Below, one piece after another: positions 37,707-50,086 of a DNA stretch of 64,000 nt. The stretch spans positions 355,249 to 419,248 of the forward strand of contig JAAOMT010000515.1 in assembly GCA_016748015.1 (NCBI GenBank), written 5' to 3'. The notes under the pieces are model-generated. The model searched no databases. It was not told where the DNA came from and saw only the letters and a program-made list of their open reading frames with translations. The stretch comes from Geosiphon pyriformis uo1. Its lineage: Eukaryota; Fungi; Glomeromycota. The first letter of the stretch is position 1, and each line of letters begins with the position of its first letter. Both the position numbers and the translations under genes were made by a program.

Positions 37707-39188
37707 ATGAATGAAAAAGCTTTTCAATTTTTCATCTTACTAATTGTGATTACAATTTTCATTTCATATCTTTTCGAGAAATGGTTTCTTTCATCTCATG
37801 ACACTACAGTACTTAAGAAAAATTTTAACTTTAATAATAATAAATTAAACCATTCAAAACCTAATCTTATTTATTCAAGAAAAAATGAAACAAAAAGATC
37901 ATCTTTCAATTTAGAGTTGAAACCCGCATATCCGCCAAAAAAACTTTGGAAACCTGATATGACAACATACAAAACTTTACATCTTTTGGCTCATGTAGCT
38001 AATTTTCCTTATTGCTTCAACAAGAATCTAAAAAAAATTAATGTTCCCAGAGATGATATAAAAGGTAAAATATTCTTCATTCTAAAGTAAGTTTCTATTT
38101 TCCGTTTACTTTAGATGAAAATAAAAAATTTCAAATTTAATTCATTTTCAGCTGGCCAATTTTTCGATAAAGAAACTTCAGAGCTTTTTGTATATTTCAA
38201 GGGAAAAGTGAGTGCGATCTGTTAAAATCCTCGAAAAATTTTAGTCTAATTCGATCAGGATATTTTTAGATTTTGACAAAATCGCAATGGATGAAAAGAA
38301 AAACAACCTTGGTTAACTTCAAAGTTGAAAATGTTGCAGAGAATGCGTTACTAAAAGTTGACGAAGAATGGTTTCAAGATTTTCAAGAAATTTGGCCCAA
38401 GATTTATGACGGAATTCTTGGAATTATATTTGGTGAAGGTGAAAAAAATGGGTTAAAAGCTATTTATTTCGTTGGACATGCTATTGGTGGTGGTAAGCTT
38501 TGCCTTTATTGTATATATTCAAATAAAAAAAACGTATAAGAATACAAGAAATTTTAATTTTTTGTTTTTTATCAAAATATTTTAGCCTACGCTACACTAG
38601 CAGCCTTATCTTGGAGACTTAAAAGAGCCATAGAAAATGATTTAAAAACAAAAGAATTAGATTATCCTACCCAGCTTGTCACCTTTGGAGCTCCAAGGAT
38701 TGGCAATGTTGTTTTTGCCAGGTTTTTAAATACATGGAGATCTAATTCTGATTTTCGAATGACCTCCGGAAATGATCATGTCCCCCATTTTCCTGCTACT
38801 ATCAACGGACGTAATATCTTAGCACACGCTGAAATTGAAATTTGGATTGATTCCGAGTCTAATAATTGCGAGTGTCCTGAAAAGCAGCCGGAATTTTTCA
38901 AGTGCCCTGGCATCTTTCCAAGGGTGAATAATAATAATAAAAAGTTTCGAAAATATGGACAAGATTTTTTATACCCTCCTGATGAAGTAAAATTTGGTGA
39001 AAATCAGGTTATTTACAATTTTCAAGATTTGCAGTATTAATGAATACTGAAAAAATTCTAATGCACAATTCATGATTTTTGCTATGCAGGACTGCATTTT
39101 ACAACAAAAACTTGATGATATTTCCGAAACTTTCATTCATAGAGGTCCATATTTTAATATATTAATGGGTGATTGTGAGTTTTATTAA
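37707..39188 (+). CDS. Lipase class 3 (Lipase_3) fold protein, probable pseudoenzyme (nucleophile elbow G-H-A-I-G)
   Basis: Exons 37707-38064, 38152-38207, 38270-38492, 38586-39007 and 39090-39188 give an N-terminal TM/signal anchor, FVYFKG, YFVGHAIGGAYATLAA, VTFGAPRIGN, FRMTSGNDHVPHFP, EIWI, CEC and IHRGPYFNILMGDC. Confidence 0.87.
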
Positions 39189-40154
39189 AAGGTACCATTT
39201 TATAATCTTTAAAACTTATTAGGATTTTTTTAAACTACTGTCTTTTTATATATATAATTAAGTATTGTAAAATTTTTGAAACTTTAATAGTTTTAGTGAA
39301 TTAAATTTCTGTTACTGTGAATTTTGCAGTATTTGTAGATAGGGAAAGATTACAACAATATTTTCAATTAGAGTATCTTTAAAAAGTTTTTTAATATCAA
39401 GCGATTAGACCCCAAATTTTCATAATCAAGTTCTGTGATACCATACGTTAATTATTAAACCTCACTAAATTTGGATTTTCTAGTGAAAGTTGTGTAAAAG
39501 ATTTACTGAGAAGTTTTCTCAAATTAAAAAACATTTCAATTTTTAAAATATACAATCTCAATAACAAATTTAATATAGCAATAAAGTAAAAAAACTTTTT
39601 AATATTTTTGAAAATGAAAATTTTTTCTTTCAATTCAACCTTCATTATTAGGAGTTTTAAACAAAGTTTCGTAAAGTATAATTGTTCAAAACTATTTTCG
39701 ATTTCCAAAGAATCTCATTATATTTATGAAAGTTAAATAATTATAACTTATTTTCTTGTGTTCTAATAACATTAAAATTTTAAGATATTTAATTCCTATT
39801 TTAAGTTTTGCTAATTATTTTTTTTACTTTTGGTGAAATTCGGTATTGTAATTAATATTCAAGTAATATGTGATAACCTTGATATCAATAATATAATTAT
39901 TTTAATATGATGCTTAAAATTATAAAGAGAATTTAAAACTTCATTTGGTAATTATTATTTTAGTTTTTTCTCTATAAATTACAACAAATTGCACACTTTT
40001 GTAAATTAATAAAATCAGTTCTTTTTTGATCTCTCCAATCACATTTATTAGGAAAAGAAAGTTACGTAACACAAAAATAATCAACAAACAAGAATAAACT
40101 ATTAAAGTGACGATCGAAATAAAGTTTTTAAGTTTAAATATTATCCGAAACAAA

Positions 40155-41297
40155 ATGTTACCTGCTGCGGCTCAACTACAACGAAATATTTTATCATTTT
40201 GGTTTAAAGGTGACTTTGAAAACATAATTTTGCCTCTTAAAATTTTATATGAACAATATAAAAGAAAATTTTCATTTCTTTACGTCCTGAATCAAACTTT
40301 TTTGTTATCAATTTTATCGGACTAAATCGATACGAACTTTCGAAGGATTCAATAATGGCTATCCATTTCCACAAAGCCTCTTGAAAACATGGTTTATGGG
40401 TGGTGATGCTGTCAATAATTTTTGTCGAGAGAATTACTCTTCGGTTCTTGAGGAGATTCTTCAGAATAGAAATTATATGCAAGAATTGGGACATAATCCA
40501 GAAGTAAGTTAACAAGAAATGTTTGATTTATATATTATCAAGATATTTTAAGTTAAAGGCTTTAGGATTCAACATCAAAATATTTTTTCACTTTGATTGT
40601 TTTTCAAATAACAAAATTTCTAGTTTAACTGAATATTTAATAAACTTTTATCATAAACACATAAAAATGCTATTAAAATTTAGAATTTTATATTTTCTAG
40701 GGAGCGCTAAGCTTAATAATTTTATTAGACAAATTTTCAAGGCACATTTATCGCAAAAAACCAGATCCCTTTCGTGATTTCGATCCCTTAGCGCTTGAGA
40801 CCGCTTTTAAAGTCGTGAATTTAAAATGGGATGAAAAGTTGAGCCCGGTGGAACGCACATTTTTTTACATGGTAAGATTTTTTATGAATATTCTAATCTA
40901 AAAAATTAAAAACGAATAAAATTAAAGTTTGAAAAATTTTGATTTAACAAATTCTTATTAGCCTTTCGAGCACTCTGAGAATTTAAATCATCAATTATTG
41001 AGCGTAGTAAAAACAAAATTAAATATGGAAAGTTCACCTCAGGTCCAGTTATATATTTTAAAAAGTTTTTTTAAGAATTGAGATGATACCTTGAAAATTA
41101 AAGTTAATAAATTTTATATATAAATTTTGTAGATTTATTACGGTCTTTTAAAGAATTGTCACGAATTTGCTCTCGAGCACAAAAAAATTATTGAAAGATT
41201 TGGTAGGTTTCCACATCGTAATCTTTGTCTAGATCGTCAATCTACTCCCGAGGAAATTGAATATTTGAAAAATGGTGCGAATAGATATGGACAATGA
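40155..41297 (+). CDS. DUF924 family protein
   Basis: Exons 40155-40209, 40346-40503, 40701-40871, 40962-41042 and 41133-41297 give ILSFWF...WF, LIILLDKFSRHIYR, FFYMPFEHSE and HKKIIERFGRFPHRN...R.ST.EE. The ORF track misses most of it. Confidence 0.9.
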
Positions 41298-41490
41298 AAG
41301 AATTTGAAATTTAGTTCAAAAAGCTTTTCTATTATTTTTCTAATAAAGCTTCTTTATTTGCATTTCAATTCAACCTAACGTTAAACCTTTGAATTTCAAA
41401 AACCATATTGAGATCTTTTAATTTATATACAACTTTTAAATTTTATTCTCAAGATTTTTCTGTGAAACTTTTTATTTTTATTGATTTAAC

Positions 41491-41533
<43 letters not shown>
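41491..41533. repeat. (AAT)n microsatellite
   Basis: Visible tandem run. Confidence 0.9.
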
Positions 41534-41534
<1 letters not shown>

Positions 41535-42674
41535 TGAAGATGGTTGAAAAGTCTGTGCCCAAAATGAAGGAAAAATTTTCTTTGCAAGATCCAAATAAAT
41601 TTTCATTGGTCGTACTTTTAGAATAAGCGTGACCAATTTTTTATTAAGGGAAATTTCTAAACTTTAATTTTCGGTTTATCATTAAACCTTATATTATAAA
41701 GAAAACGCAAAAATCAGTTTGGAATTTTTTTTTTGAATTAAAAGTAAATCTGGCTTTCGAATTTACAAAATTATGACCAAAAAACACATATTGAGCTTAA
41801 AGATAAAATTAGTCTCAAAGGAAAGTATTTTAAATTTACACAATTTTAACAGATTGAATGAAAATAAATTTAAATTTCTAGTTTTTTTTAACTTGCTAAA
41901 ATTATATATCCTAAGAAAGTTATAATCCAAACTAATTCTTTTATAAACCTTTTGAAAAATTAAAGAACCATCTATTATGAAATTTCAAAATAATACTAAA
42001 GTCAAACATGTGAATAGTGAATAAATACTTTTGTTGTGCGATTTTAAACTGCAGACTTTTTCTAATATGATTTGTAAATTATTTTCACAGTTGCAAAATT
42101 AAGCTTTATTAAAAAAACTCATTTGAGTATATTTTAGATTTTCCCAAAGTTTTTGTCTATAAAAGCCAATTTTTCGAATTAATGCACAATACTTCTGTGA
42201 CGGAATTCTAAATTAATTCAAATTATCATATCGTATGTTCTAACATTTTGAAATTAGATGAGAGCTGAAAATATAGTTTCATAAAGAGAGCCCAATAGGG
42301 ATGAAGTATCGCTCAATTTCTAATCCTCATGTTAATAATTTACATAATTGTACTACCTGCATTTTGCATTTCATTGGGATATTTTTGCAATCGGTCAATC
42401 CTCTCAAAGTTGTTTTCAATATTTAACTTTTTGATGTTGTGCAAAATAATTAATTTCATGATCAAAATAACCAATAATTTTTAAGGGCTATAATAATATT
42501 GAGTCGACAATTAAAATAGCTAAATAATATCCTGACGACCAATAATTTAGTTTGGTCTTTCAATATATGTATATGTATATATATATACAAGGCTTACATC
42601 TTTAAACGTTTGACTGTTCACCGTGCTTTTTTTACTTAAAAATTGTTTCTGAGATAAACAATCAAAATTTTAAT

Positions 42675-43529
42675 ATGATCGATCCTACAATCTCAACCTC
42701 AACCTCAACCTCAATCTCAACCTCACCCCCACCCATAGAATCATTAAATAATTTAAAAATTTTAAATCTCGAAGAATATTTACCCAATAAAATACGTGGT
42801 CATCATATTCTTGGTAAGCTATTAGCTTTTCTAAATACTTTTGCTTTTCTTTAAAAGAAATTCGAAACGTTTACAAACACCTAATAAAACTATTATTGTA
42901 AAAAACTTTTAGTTTTAGGAGCAACTGGTCGTTTAGGGCGTCATGTCGTTCGACAAGCCCTCGAAGCTTCATACCGCGTAACTGCATTAGTACGAAATGA
43001 CCATAGACTTCCATTCACACGACAACAACTCCAAAATCCAAACTTAGTTGTATTCCTGGGCTGTGTCTTATCCCCTACTGATTTGGATAAAGTTATCGAA
43101 GATAAGGATGCAGTAATAAATTGTTTATCACCAAGAAGGTTATGGAACCGAAACGTTGATCTAAATTCCCGAGTTCAGAGTTTGATTAATGATAGTATGT
43201 TGAGGCTAGGAGTAAAACGATTAATTATTGTTCGATGTCACGGCACTAGGACAGTTAAGAGTATTTTAACAAGATTATTTGCTAGTAAATTTCACAAGGA
43301 TAAAGTAATCCAAGAGAAATTAATTAGAGATAACTCTGAACATTTGGATTGGACAATAATACATGTAGGAAGTTTAAGTAATGAAAAATTGACAAAACGA
43401 TATTTGCTAAACCGTGATGAAGTTTCATCAAAAAAAATTTCAAGAGCAAATGTGGCACATTTTATTTTACAAGAAATTAGGACTGGAATTTTTGTTAAAC
43501 GAACTCCATTAATAGACGGTGAAACTTGA
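42675..43529 (+). CDS. NAD(P)H-binding Rossmann protein (BLVRB/flavin reductase-like atypical SDR), copy A
   Basis: Exons 42675-42813 and 42913-43529 give ILVLGATGRLGRHVVRQAL...VTALVR, DAVINCL, LDWTII and ISRANVAHFIL. Confidence 0.88.
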
Positions 43530-44322
43530 GAAAAAACTTGTAGAAAAATTAATTTAATAATCTTCATAAGATAATGATAGAAATGAAAAAAAGGTGTTCA
43601 AATTCATTTAATTTCTAGTAGTCAATTTTAAAAGTAACCAAATTAAACTTAATAAATTTCTTTTAATTTTATTATAGTGGAAAAGGTTATAACTATTTGA
43701 ATTATGAAATTGAAATTTTTTCATCATCAAAGGTTTAAAATGTTATTCCCAATAAATTTCAAAATTTTATTGGGAATAATTTCTCGTTAAATATCATAAA
43801 CTAGGTCGAAATAGATTTTAGGTTTGACAAGTTTAATTTTTTGATTTTATTCAGTATCTCGTATTATTTTTTTAGTAAAATTATATATCTCTGGCATAAT
43901 TTTGTTAATGAGCACGCTATATTCGAATTCACTCAAAGTTATACATATTATTCTCATGATGATAAGAGGTATTTAATTTATAGTTAATTCATGTCATAAC
44001 AAGAAAGGTGCGGATTGCGAAATTTATCAATATTTAATGAAACAGTATATTAGGTAGGGATAAGAAATGTAGGTATGAAATTTTTATTTGTTATAAAATC
44101 AACATTTCTTTAAAATAAAATTTTGCTTTTAAGTACCTACCACACATATCTAAAACTTTTTTCTTTACTCGATTTGCTTCTTTAAATATTAAACTTTTAA
44201 AAAAGAGAGATAACTACTCATCATTCTAGATTAAATGACAAATTCAAGGAACTCTTGGTGTAAAATATATTGTATTACCTCTTTCAATCTACCGCTTTAA
44301 GGCAGAGAAAAATGCATGTATT

Positions 44323-44381
44323 TATTTTTAATACATTTATCTGGTTTATATTTTTAATACATTTATCTAGTTTATATTTTT
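44323..44381. repeat. 26-bp tandem duplication
   Basis: TATTTTTAATACATTTATCT[G/A]GTTTA repeated about 2.3 times. Confidence 0.8.
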
Positions 44382-44580
44382 ATAACTTTTTTTGAAATTT
44401 GGATTTTTAATAACGCTAACTTGATTCAGTAGCAAAAGGTTTAGTGATGGTTTTACGGTGTAAAATCTATTTATTACTTCAATAGTGATACCCTTACTCA
44501 TGATGATAAATCAAAGAATTTGCATCAGATTAAATGAAAAATTTTAAAAAAATGCATTAGATTCCCAAAATATATATATT

Positions 44581-44612
44581 TAACCAAAGTCGGAGTTAAC
44601 CGAAGTCGGAGT
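44581..44612. repeat. 16-bp tandem duplication
   Basis: TAACC[A/G]AAGTCGGAGT repeated twice. Confidence 0.8.
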
Positions 44613-45207
44613 ATTTTAGACCCTTTTCAAATAGCGACTCCTTATTAATAAGCACATATTTATTAATAATAATAATAATAAAAACGTTTAAGAAAAAAGG
44701 AGCTCAAAAGTTATTGACAGAAAACCTGAAAATTGTTGCTTTCAACCTCTAATTTTTTAATATCTTGGGATGCAAATTTTCGCATATTTTAAATTCGTGC
44801 CAATGTGTGATCTTTGTCATATTTTTACGTAAAAAATAATTGAAAAATCGAAAATCTTTAATTTTGAGTAACCACATGTTAATTTCAATCGATTGCAGCA
44901 GTAATATAAAATCGATCTTTGAATTAGGATACCTTTCGATCAAAATGTAACGAAAATTATGGTTTATGAAATGGGGTTTTATCCATTCAAACTTGCTGAT
45001 TGTTCTTTGAAAATTAAAGGTTTAATTTACAATCTAAAATCTGATTTTAATAAGAAAATACCTTGAAATATTTGATATATATATCTATATATATATATAT
45101 ATATATCAGTGTATTTGATATGTAAAACTCCAAAAAGATGGTTTTTATTGTAAATGCCATTCATAAACCCACATTTTTAAAGATATTTTAAATTTAGCTC
45201 GCTCAAT

Positions 45208-45208
<1 letters not shown>

Positions 45209-45257
<49 letters not shown>

Positions 45258-45263
45258 TAATAA
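45209..45263. repeat. (AAT)n microsatellite
   Basis: Visible tandem run. Confidence 0.9.
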
Positions 45264-46010
45264 TCTCTTTTTTAATTACATTTATCACATTTTGAAATTC
45301 GTAAACTCATTTATTTTTTGTATTTTTGTTTCAAACTAGAATTAAAGGGGAAATTAGTTTTCTCACCATTTATTTTGTTCAAATAATAGCTTTTGATTTT
45401 TTTAGTTTCATAATTTTTAATTTCTTTTATTCTTTAAATAAATATTCTCTAAAATGATTAACATAAACATATTCATTAAATAATTTAAAATTATGGAAAA
45501 CATATTTTTGAAAAAGCTTATATCATTAATTTGTCCTTTTTCAAAAGTTTATGATAATTATGATCAAATAAAATATTTATATTTTGAAATTTTATGTAAA
45601 TGATATTACAATTTAATGGTTAGGCAAATTCTGGAATAACTTTTTAAATTTGAATTTGCTAAAGAGCAAAAAATTTAGTTATCCAATTTCAATCAAATTT
45701 GAAACTTTGGCTGATTGATAAACCGCAATACTTTTCTTTATCGACTTTTTTTGTATTTTATAAATATAAAACTTTGATAAGTATAACCTAATATTCTAAT
45801 TAAATGTTTAAAGGTTTGATCTTTATATCAAAAAATACTCAAGGAAGCTGTGTTTCAATTAAAAATAATGAAAATGTCAGAATACTCAATAAGTATTTGA
45901 AAAGTAATTTTCTACCTGCAATTCAACACTTTATAAAATTTTTCCCAATCAGAGAATCATCCCTTTTAGGAAAATTTTCAAGTTCTAGTTAGAGGTTAAT
46001 TTCATGAGAA

Positions 46011-47136
46011 TTATTGGCGATAGTTTTCAATAATATTGACTAGCCTAAATTCAATAAAATATCAATTAAATGTAAAGAAAAAATACAATTTCAAAATAAA
46101 AAGCATAATTTAGATATATTATACCAATCCAATCCTTCCATCAACCCATCTCCTCTGATAGCACTCGTTTTCCAAATTGTCCATTGTCGACTTTTTAAAG
46201 TGTCTAACCTTAATGCATCAGATACTTCTGTGACACTCATTGCTCCCTCCATATCTTGTTTATTAGCAAATACTAATAATGTGGCATCTCGTAATTCTTC
46301 TTCCTCAAGCATGGAATGAAGTTCTTCACGTGCCGTAGCAAATCGATGATTGTCGACAGAATCAACCACATAAATCACAGCATCCGTATTAGCATAATAA
46401 CATCGCCAGTATGGTCTAGAATTAAAATGAAATTTCATTGAAACAATATTCAATTAAGTATACTCTAGAATCAAGAAATAGTAAGATAAAATTCATGAAA
46501 ATTTTGGGCACCTTATAATTGTCTGCCCTTTGAAGAAAATCCCAAAGGAACAACCACAGTCATTAATATTCATGAATCAAATTTTAAAAACATGATATTT
46601 TATACTCACCTCCCAAGTCCCAGACTATTCAGAATCAAAAAATACAAAGTTAAATTACTTATCTTTAATTAATAAAATAAAATCTTGAAAGTTAATTGTT
46701 TACCTTGAAATTTAATATTTTTATATGTTACCGTCTCAACATTGAATCCGATAGCTGAAAATTTGTGAAATAAATAAAATTGAATAAGAAATCGATAAGT
46801 CATAAGAATTTGTAAAATATTCAAAACAATTGAGTTGCTTACTGGGGACGGTTGATACGACCTCACCAATCTAGTAATTTAAAATTTATAATTTACAGCT
46901 TCAATTAAAATAATTGAGAATAAACTTTCAAATTTTACCTGAAACCGATAAAGAATCGTCGTTTTACCAGCCCCATCTAATCCTAAAATTAAGATTCGCA
47001 CTTCTTTCTCACCCCATAATCGTCCAAGTGCTCGACTAAATATACCACCTTTTAACATGAATACGTCAACATATTGGGTGTGAAAAAAAGCAGAGTTTCA
47101 ATATATATATAACGTAATAAAAATTTGCTGACCCAT
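46011..47136 (-). CDS. ARL1: ADP-ribosylation factor-like GTPase Arl1
   Basis: Exons 47136-47133, 47048-46939, 46870-46843, 46754-46704, 46624-46610, 46527-46512, 46415-46125 and 46044-46011 give MGGIFS (myristoylation Gly), [43 protein letters not shown] and FANKQD. Confidence 0.95.
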
Positions 47137-47665
47137 TGTGCAACTCTAAGCTAGGGCTTTCCTAAATATTTTTGAAAGCTGAAAATGATTTTCCAGAATA
47201 TTAAGAGATTGATTTTTTCAAAAGGGCTGAGTAACAGCGGTGTTCACCTTTTAAATAATGTATCATCCTCGTGATCTCCTATCATATGCAAATTGACTCA
47301 ACTGACTGTGGCAATAAGATAAAACATTTGAAATACACAATTGGGTTGTATCATATCAAATAAAAGACTTTTTCTTTATTTTGAAAAAAGTTTTGTTAGA
47401 TTACATATTTGCAATGCTAAAATTTGGAGAATTAAATTTTCATGTATTTGAAATTGCTAGACAAATTTATCAATGTTTCATAATAACTGAAAAAAGATAA
47501 ATACATGATGTGATTTTTTAATGCCTGTCTTTAATTAAATATTTAAAATCAAAAAGATGTAGTCTAAAATAAAAATTACATTATCTACATTCAAGTTTTA
47601 CATTTTTTTTGCCAGGCAACAATATTTCGAGAAAAAGAAATCATCTAAAAGTAGCATTAGAATAT

Positions 47666-48271
47666 TTACCACCAACCATTAAAGTTTCCGTTATTGTTGC
47701 CATTTAGATTACCAATATTTCCATTACCATTACCATTGCCGTTGCCACCATAACCATAATAAATTGGGTTATAAGCTGTAACTGTAGCGACGGTGGTAGG
47801 CCCAGCGACAGTTGAAGTTACGGTGGTGGTGACACCAGGTATGTAAACTGTTGAGGTTGAGACAACAGTTGGTCCTGGAACGGTGACAGTGCTAGTTACT
47901 AGAGTAACTGGAAGAGTGGTGTAGACAGTGGAAGTGACAGGAGCTGGAGTAACAACGGAGGTTACAGTTATAGTTGGTTTTGGGGCAACTACTGTGACTG
48001 TGGTTGTAGTGTCAGCACCTTGTTGAGTAACGGTAACTGTTTTGACCGGAGTTGGGGCAACGACAGTCACATATGATGTGACCGGAGGTGGATAAACAGT
48101 TACAACCGAGTAGTATGGGTAACCACCATTATTGTTTCCGTTATTATTGCCATTTCCATTACCAATATTTCCATTTCCGTTACCATTTCCATTATTACTT
48201 GCACCAATCCACTGTGGGTTTGAAGCGACAAGAAGGGCATTAAGAAGAAAAACAAGAATAGAAGAGCGCAT
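47666..48271 (-). CDS. Secreted low-complexity protein: GN-repeat / Thr-Val-Pro stalk / GN-repeat
   Basis: Intronless ORF from ATG 48271 (MRSSILVFLLNALLVAS signal peptide), GC-richer than its flanks. Two near-identical GNGNGNGNIGNxNGNNNGN blocks bracket about 120 aa of TVT-rich sequence. Confidence 0.8.
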   Translation of the reverse strand: MRSSILVFLLNALLVASNPQWIGASNNGNGNGNGNIGNGNGNNNGNNNGGYPYYSVVTVYPPPVTSYVTVVAPTPVKTVTVTQQGADTTTTVTVVAPKPTITVTSVVTPAPVTSTVYTTLPVTLVTSTVTVPGPTVVSTSTVYIPGVTTTVTSTVAGPTTVATVTAYNPIYYGYGGNGNGNGNGNIGNLNGNNNGNFNGWW

Positions 48272-48792
48272 GATTATAAATTTCTCGTAAGAGTTTTCAA
48301 AAGAAAAAAATGGTTTTTTCTTGGATTCCAAATGAAAAATAAAACAAAAGGTGTCTTTTGTTGTTGTTGTTGTTGTTGTTAATGAGACGTCTTGAGTGAT
48401 TCAGAACAAATTGGAATGGGGAAAAAAGCAAGTTCATTATTGTCTCTTTTTATACTTCTTTTGGTTGTTCAAAAAAACTTTGTTCAAAAAACCTAATATT
48501 CTTACTTAGCCATTCACCAAAAAACATTTATACCGTGGGCTTTGCTATGATTTCTTTCCAAATCAATCTTCTGACTCCGAAAATAGATTTTTTTTTTAAT
48601 TTTTCCACTAGAATTTTACACTTGGAAACTTGATTATTTCACAAATTTGAAAAATTTTACCACACATCCTAACTATAAAATGTGTGGTGTTAGTATTTCT
48701 GATCGTTAAACCGAAACATCAGCAGGAGGAACAACAGATCTGTGCATAGGATCAACACGTCTTTGGCAGTAATACGTTGGCTTTGAAATTTT

Positions 48793-48829
48793 TTCTACCA
48801 TTTTGAGAATGATTCTCAAAATGGTAGAA
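48793..48829. repeat. Perfect 37-bp palindrome (18-bp arms, 1-nt spacer)
   Basis: TTCTACCATTTTGAGAAT-G-ATTCTCAAAATGGTAGAA. Confidence 0.95.
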
Positions 48830-50086
48830 CTTACCTGTTTCGCTCATTCCGCAAAAAATAAATTCAATTTTTCTCTAAAAAGATCTCATAAAGTGAAATA
48901 ATGACGAGCTTGTAGATCATTATTCTCGCTTAATTCCCGTTTGATCTGTTCGCATTTCCCCGTTAAGCCTATTTTTTGAAATGAAGCCTTTAGGTTTGGT
49001 ATTTTTCTAGAATGAAATAATTTCAATTAAAACACAGCCCAACTCCTAAACAATCAAAGATGATTAGCATAAGTGATCATTGATTGATCAGGAGTTACAA
49101 AAATATTTAAGCGGTATTTTTGAATTGGGTAATTACCACTTTCTTTTTTTGAATACGCCAAACTGAAAATGGTTTCGAATTCTAAAAACAAATTAATGCA
49201 AGGGAAGGTGTCCCCGGAAATTTCGTGTCTAATAAAACTCTACTAACTATTTGAGTATATAGATTGTTTGATATGCTCACTTCAACAATTTAAGAAATTC
49301 AATATATTATGGCTTAAAATTCCTTACACATCGCATTACATGAATGGTCTTTACCTTAAAAAGCTATATAGGATTAACGATCCAAATTCAAAACTGCAAA
49401 AATTTAGATTGCATATATAACTAGTCATAAAAGTGATTAGAGAGGGGTGTTGTATGTGTTTATTTTTACATGTGAACGCATTAAAAGGTCTGCACTACTG
49501 TAAATTATCCAAGCCGCAAGAACTTTATTCTTTCTGTCAAACGTTTCAAAATGGCTGAATTGTCTTTTTGCCTGATTTCGATGATACGAAATTTTTTTTT
49601 CTTGACTTGATCGAGTTTTGGTTATGTGGTTAAAATTAAAGTGTACATTTATTTAGTGATGGGTTCACACATTGAGCCCAAATTATTTTTATTACGATTC
49701 CGTTGAGCCGAATTTGAAAACGAGCAATTTGTCCATATTTTCTTGTAGCAATCTTTTTTTAGCAATATCAGGTGATTTATTATTAAAAAAATTCTTTGAA
49801 AGTAAAAATTTTCCTTAAACTCGACAAAATTTTGATATCAAATTCTCTCATGGCTGAAAACCTAAAAGAAACCTTTGAACAAATTTGAAAAAGTTTAAAT
49901 AAAAATAGCGATTGTCAAAATATGATTAATGAATAAATATGTAGTCAACGTTATGTACAATGATGAACAATGTTTTTGCACAACCCACGTTGAAAAAAAT
50001 GATTTTTCATTAAGGAAAGCTTAATATATGGAAGTTGGATTCATGATTATTGCTTAAATGAAAATCAGACGCAGTAAATTGGAGCA

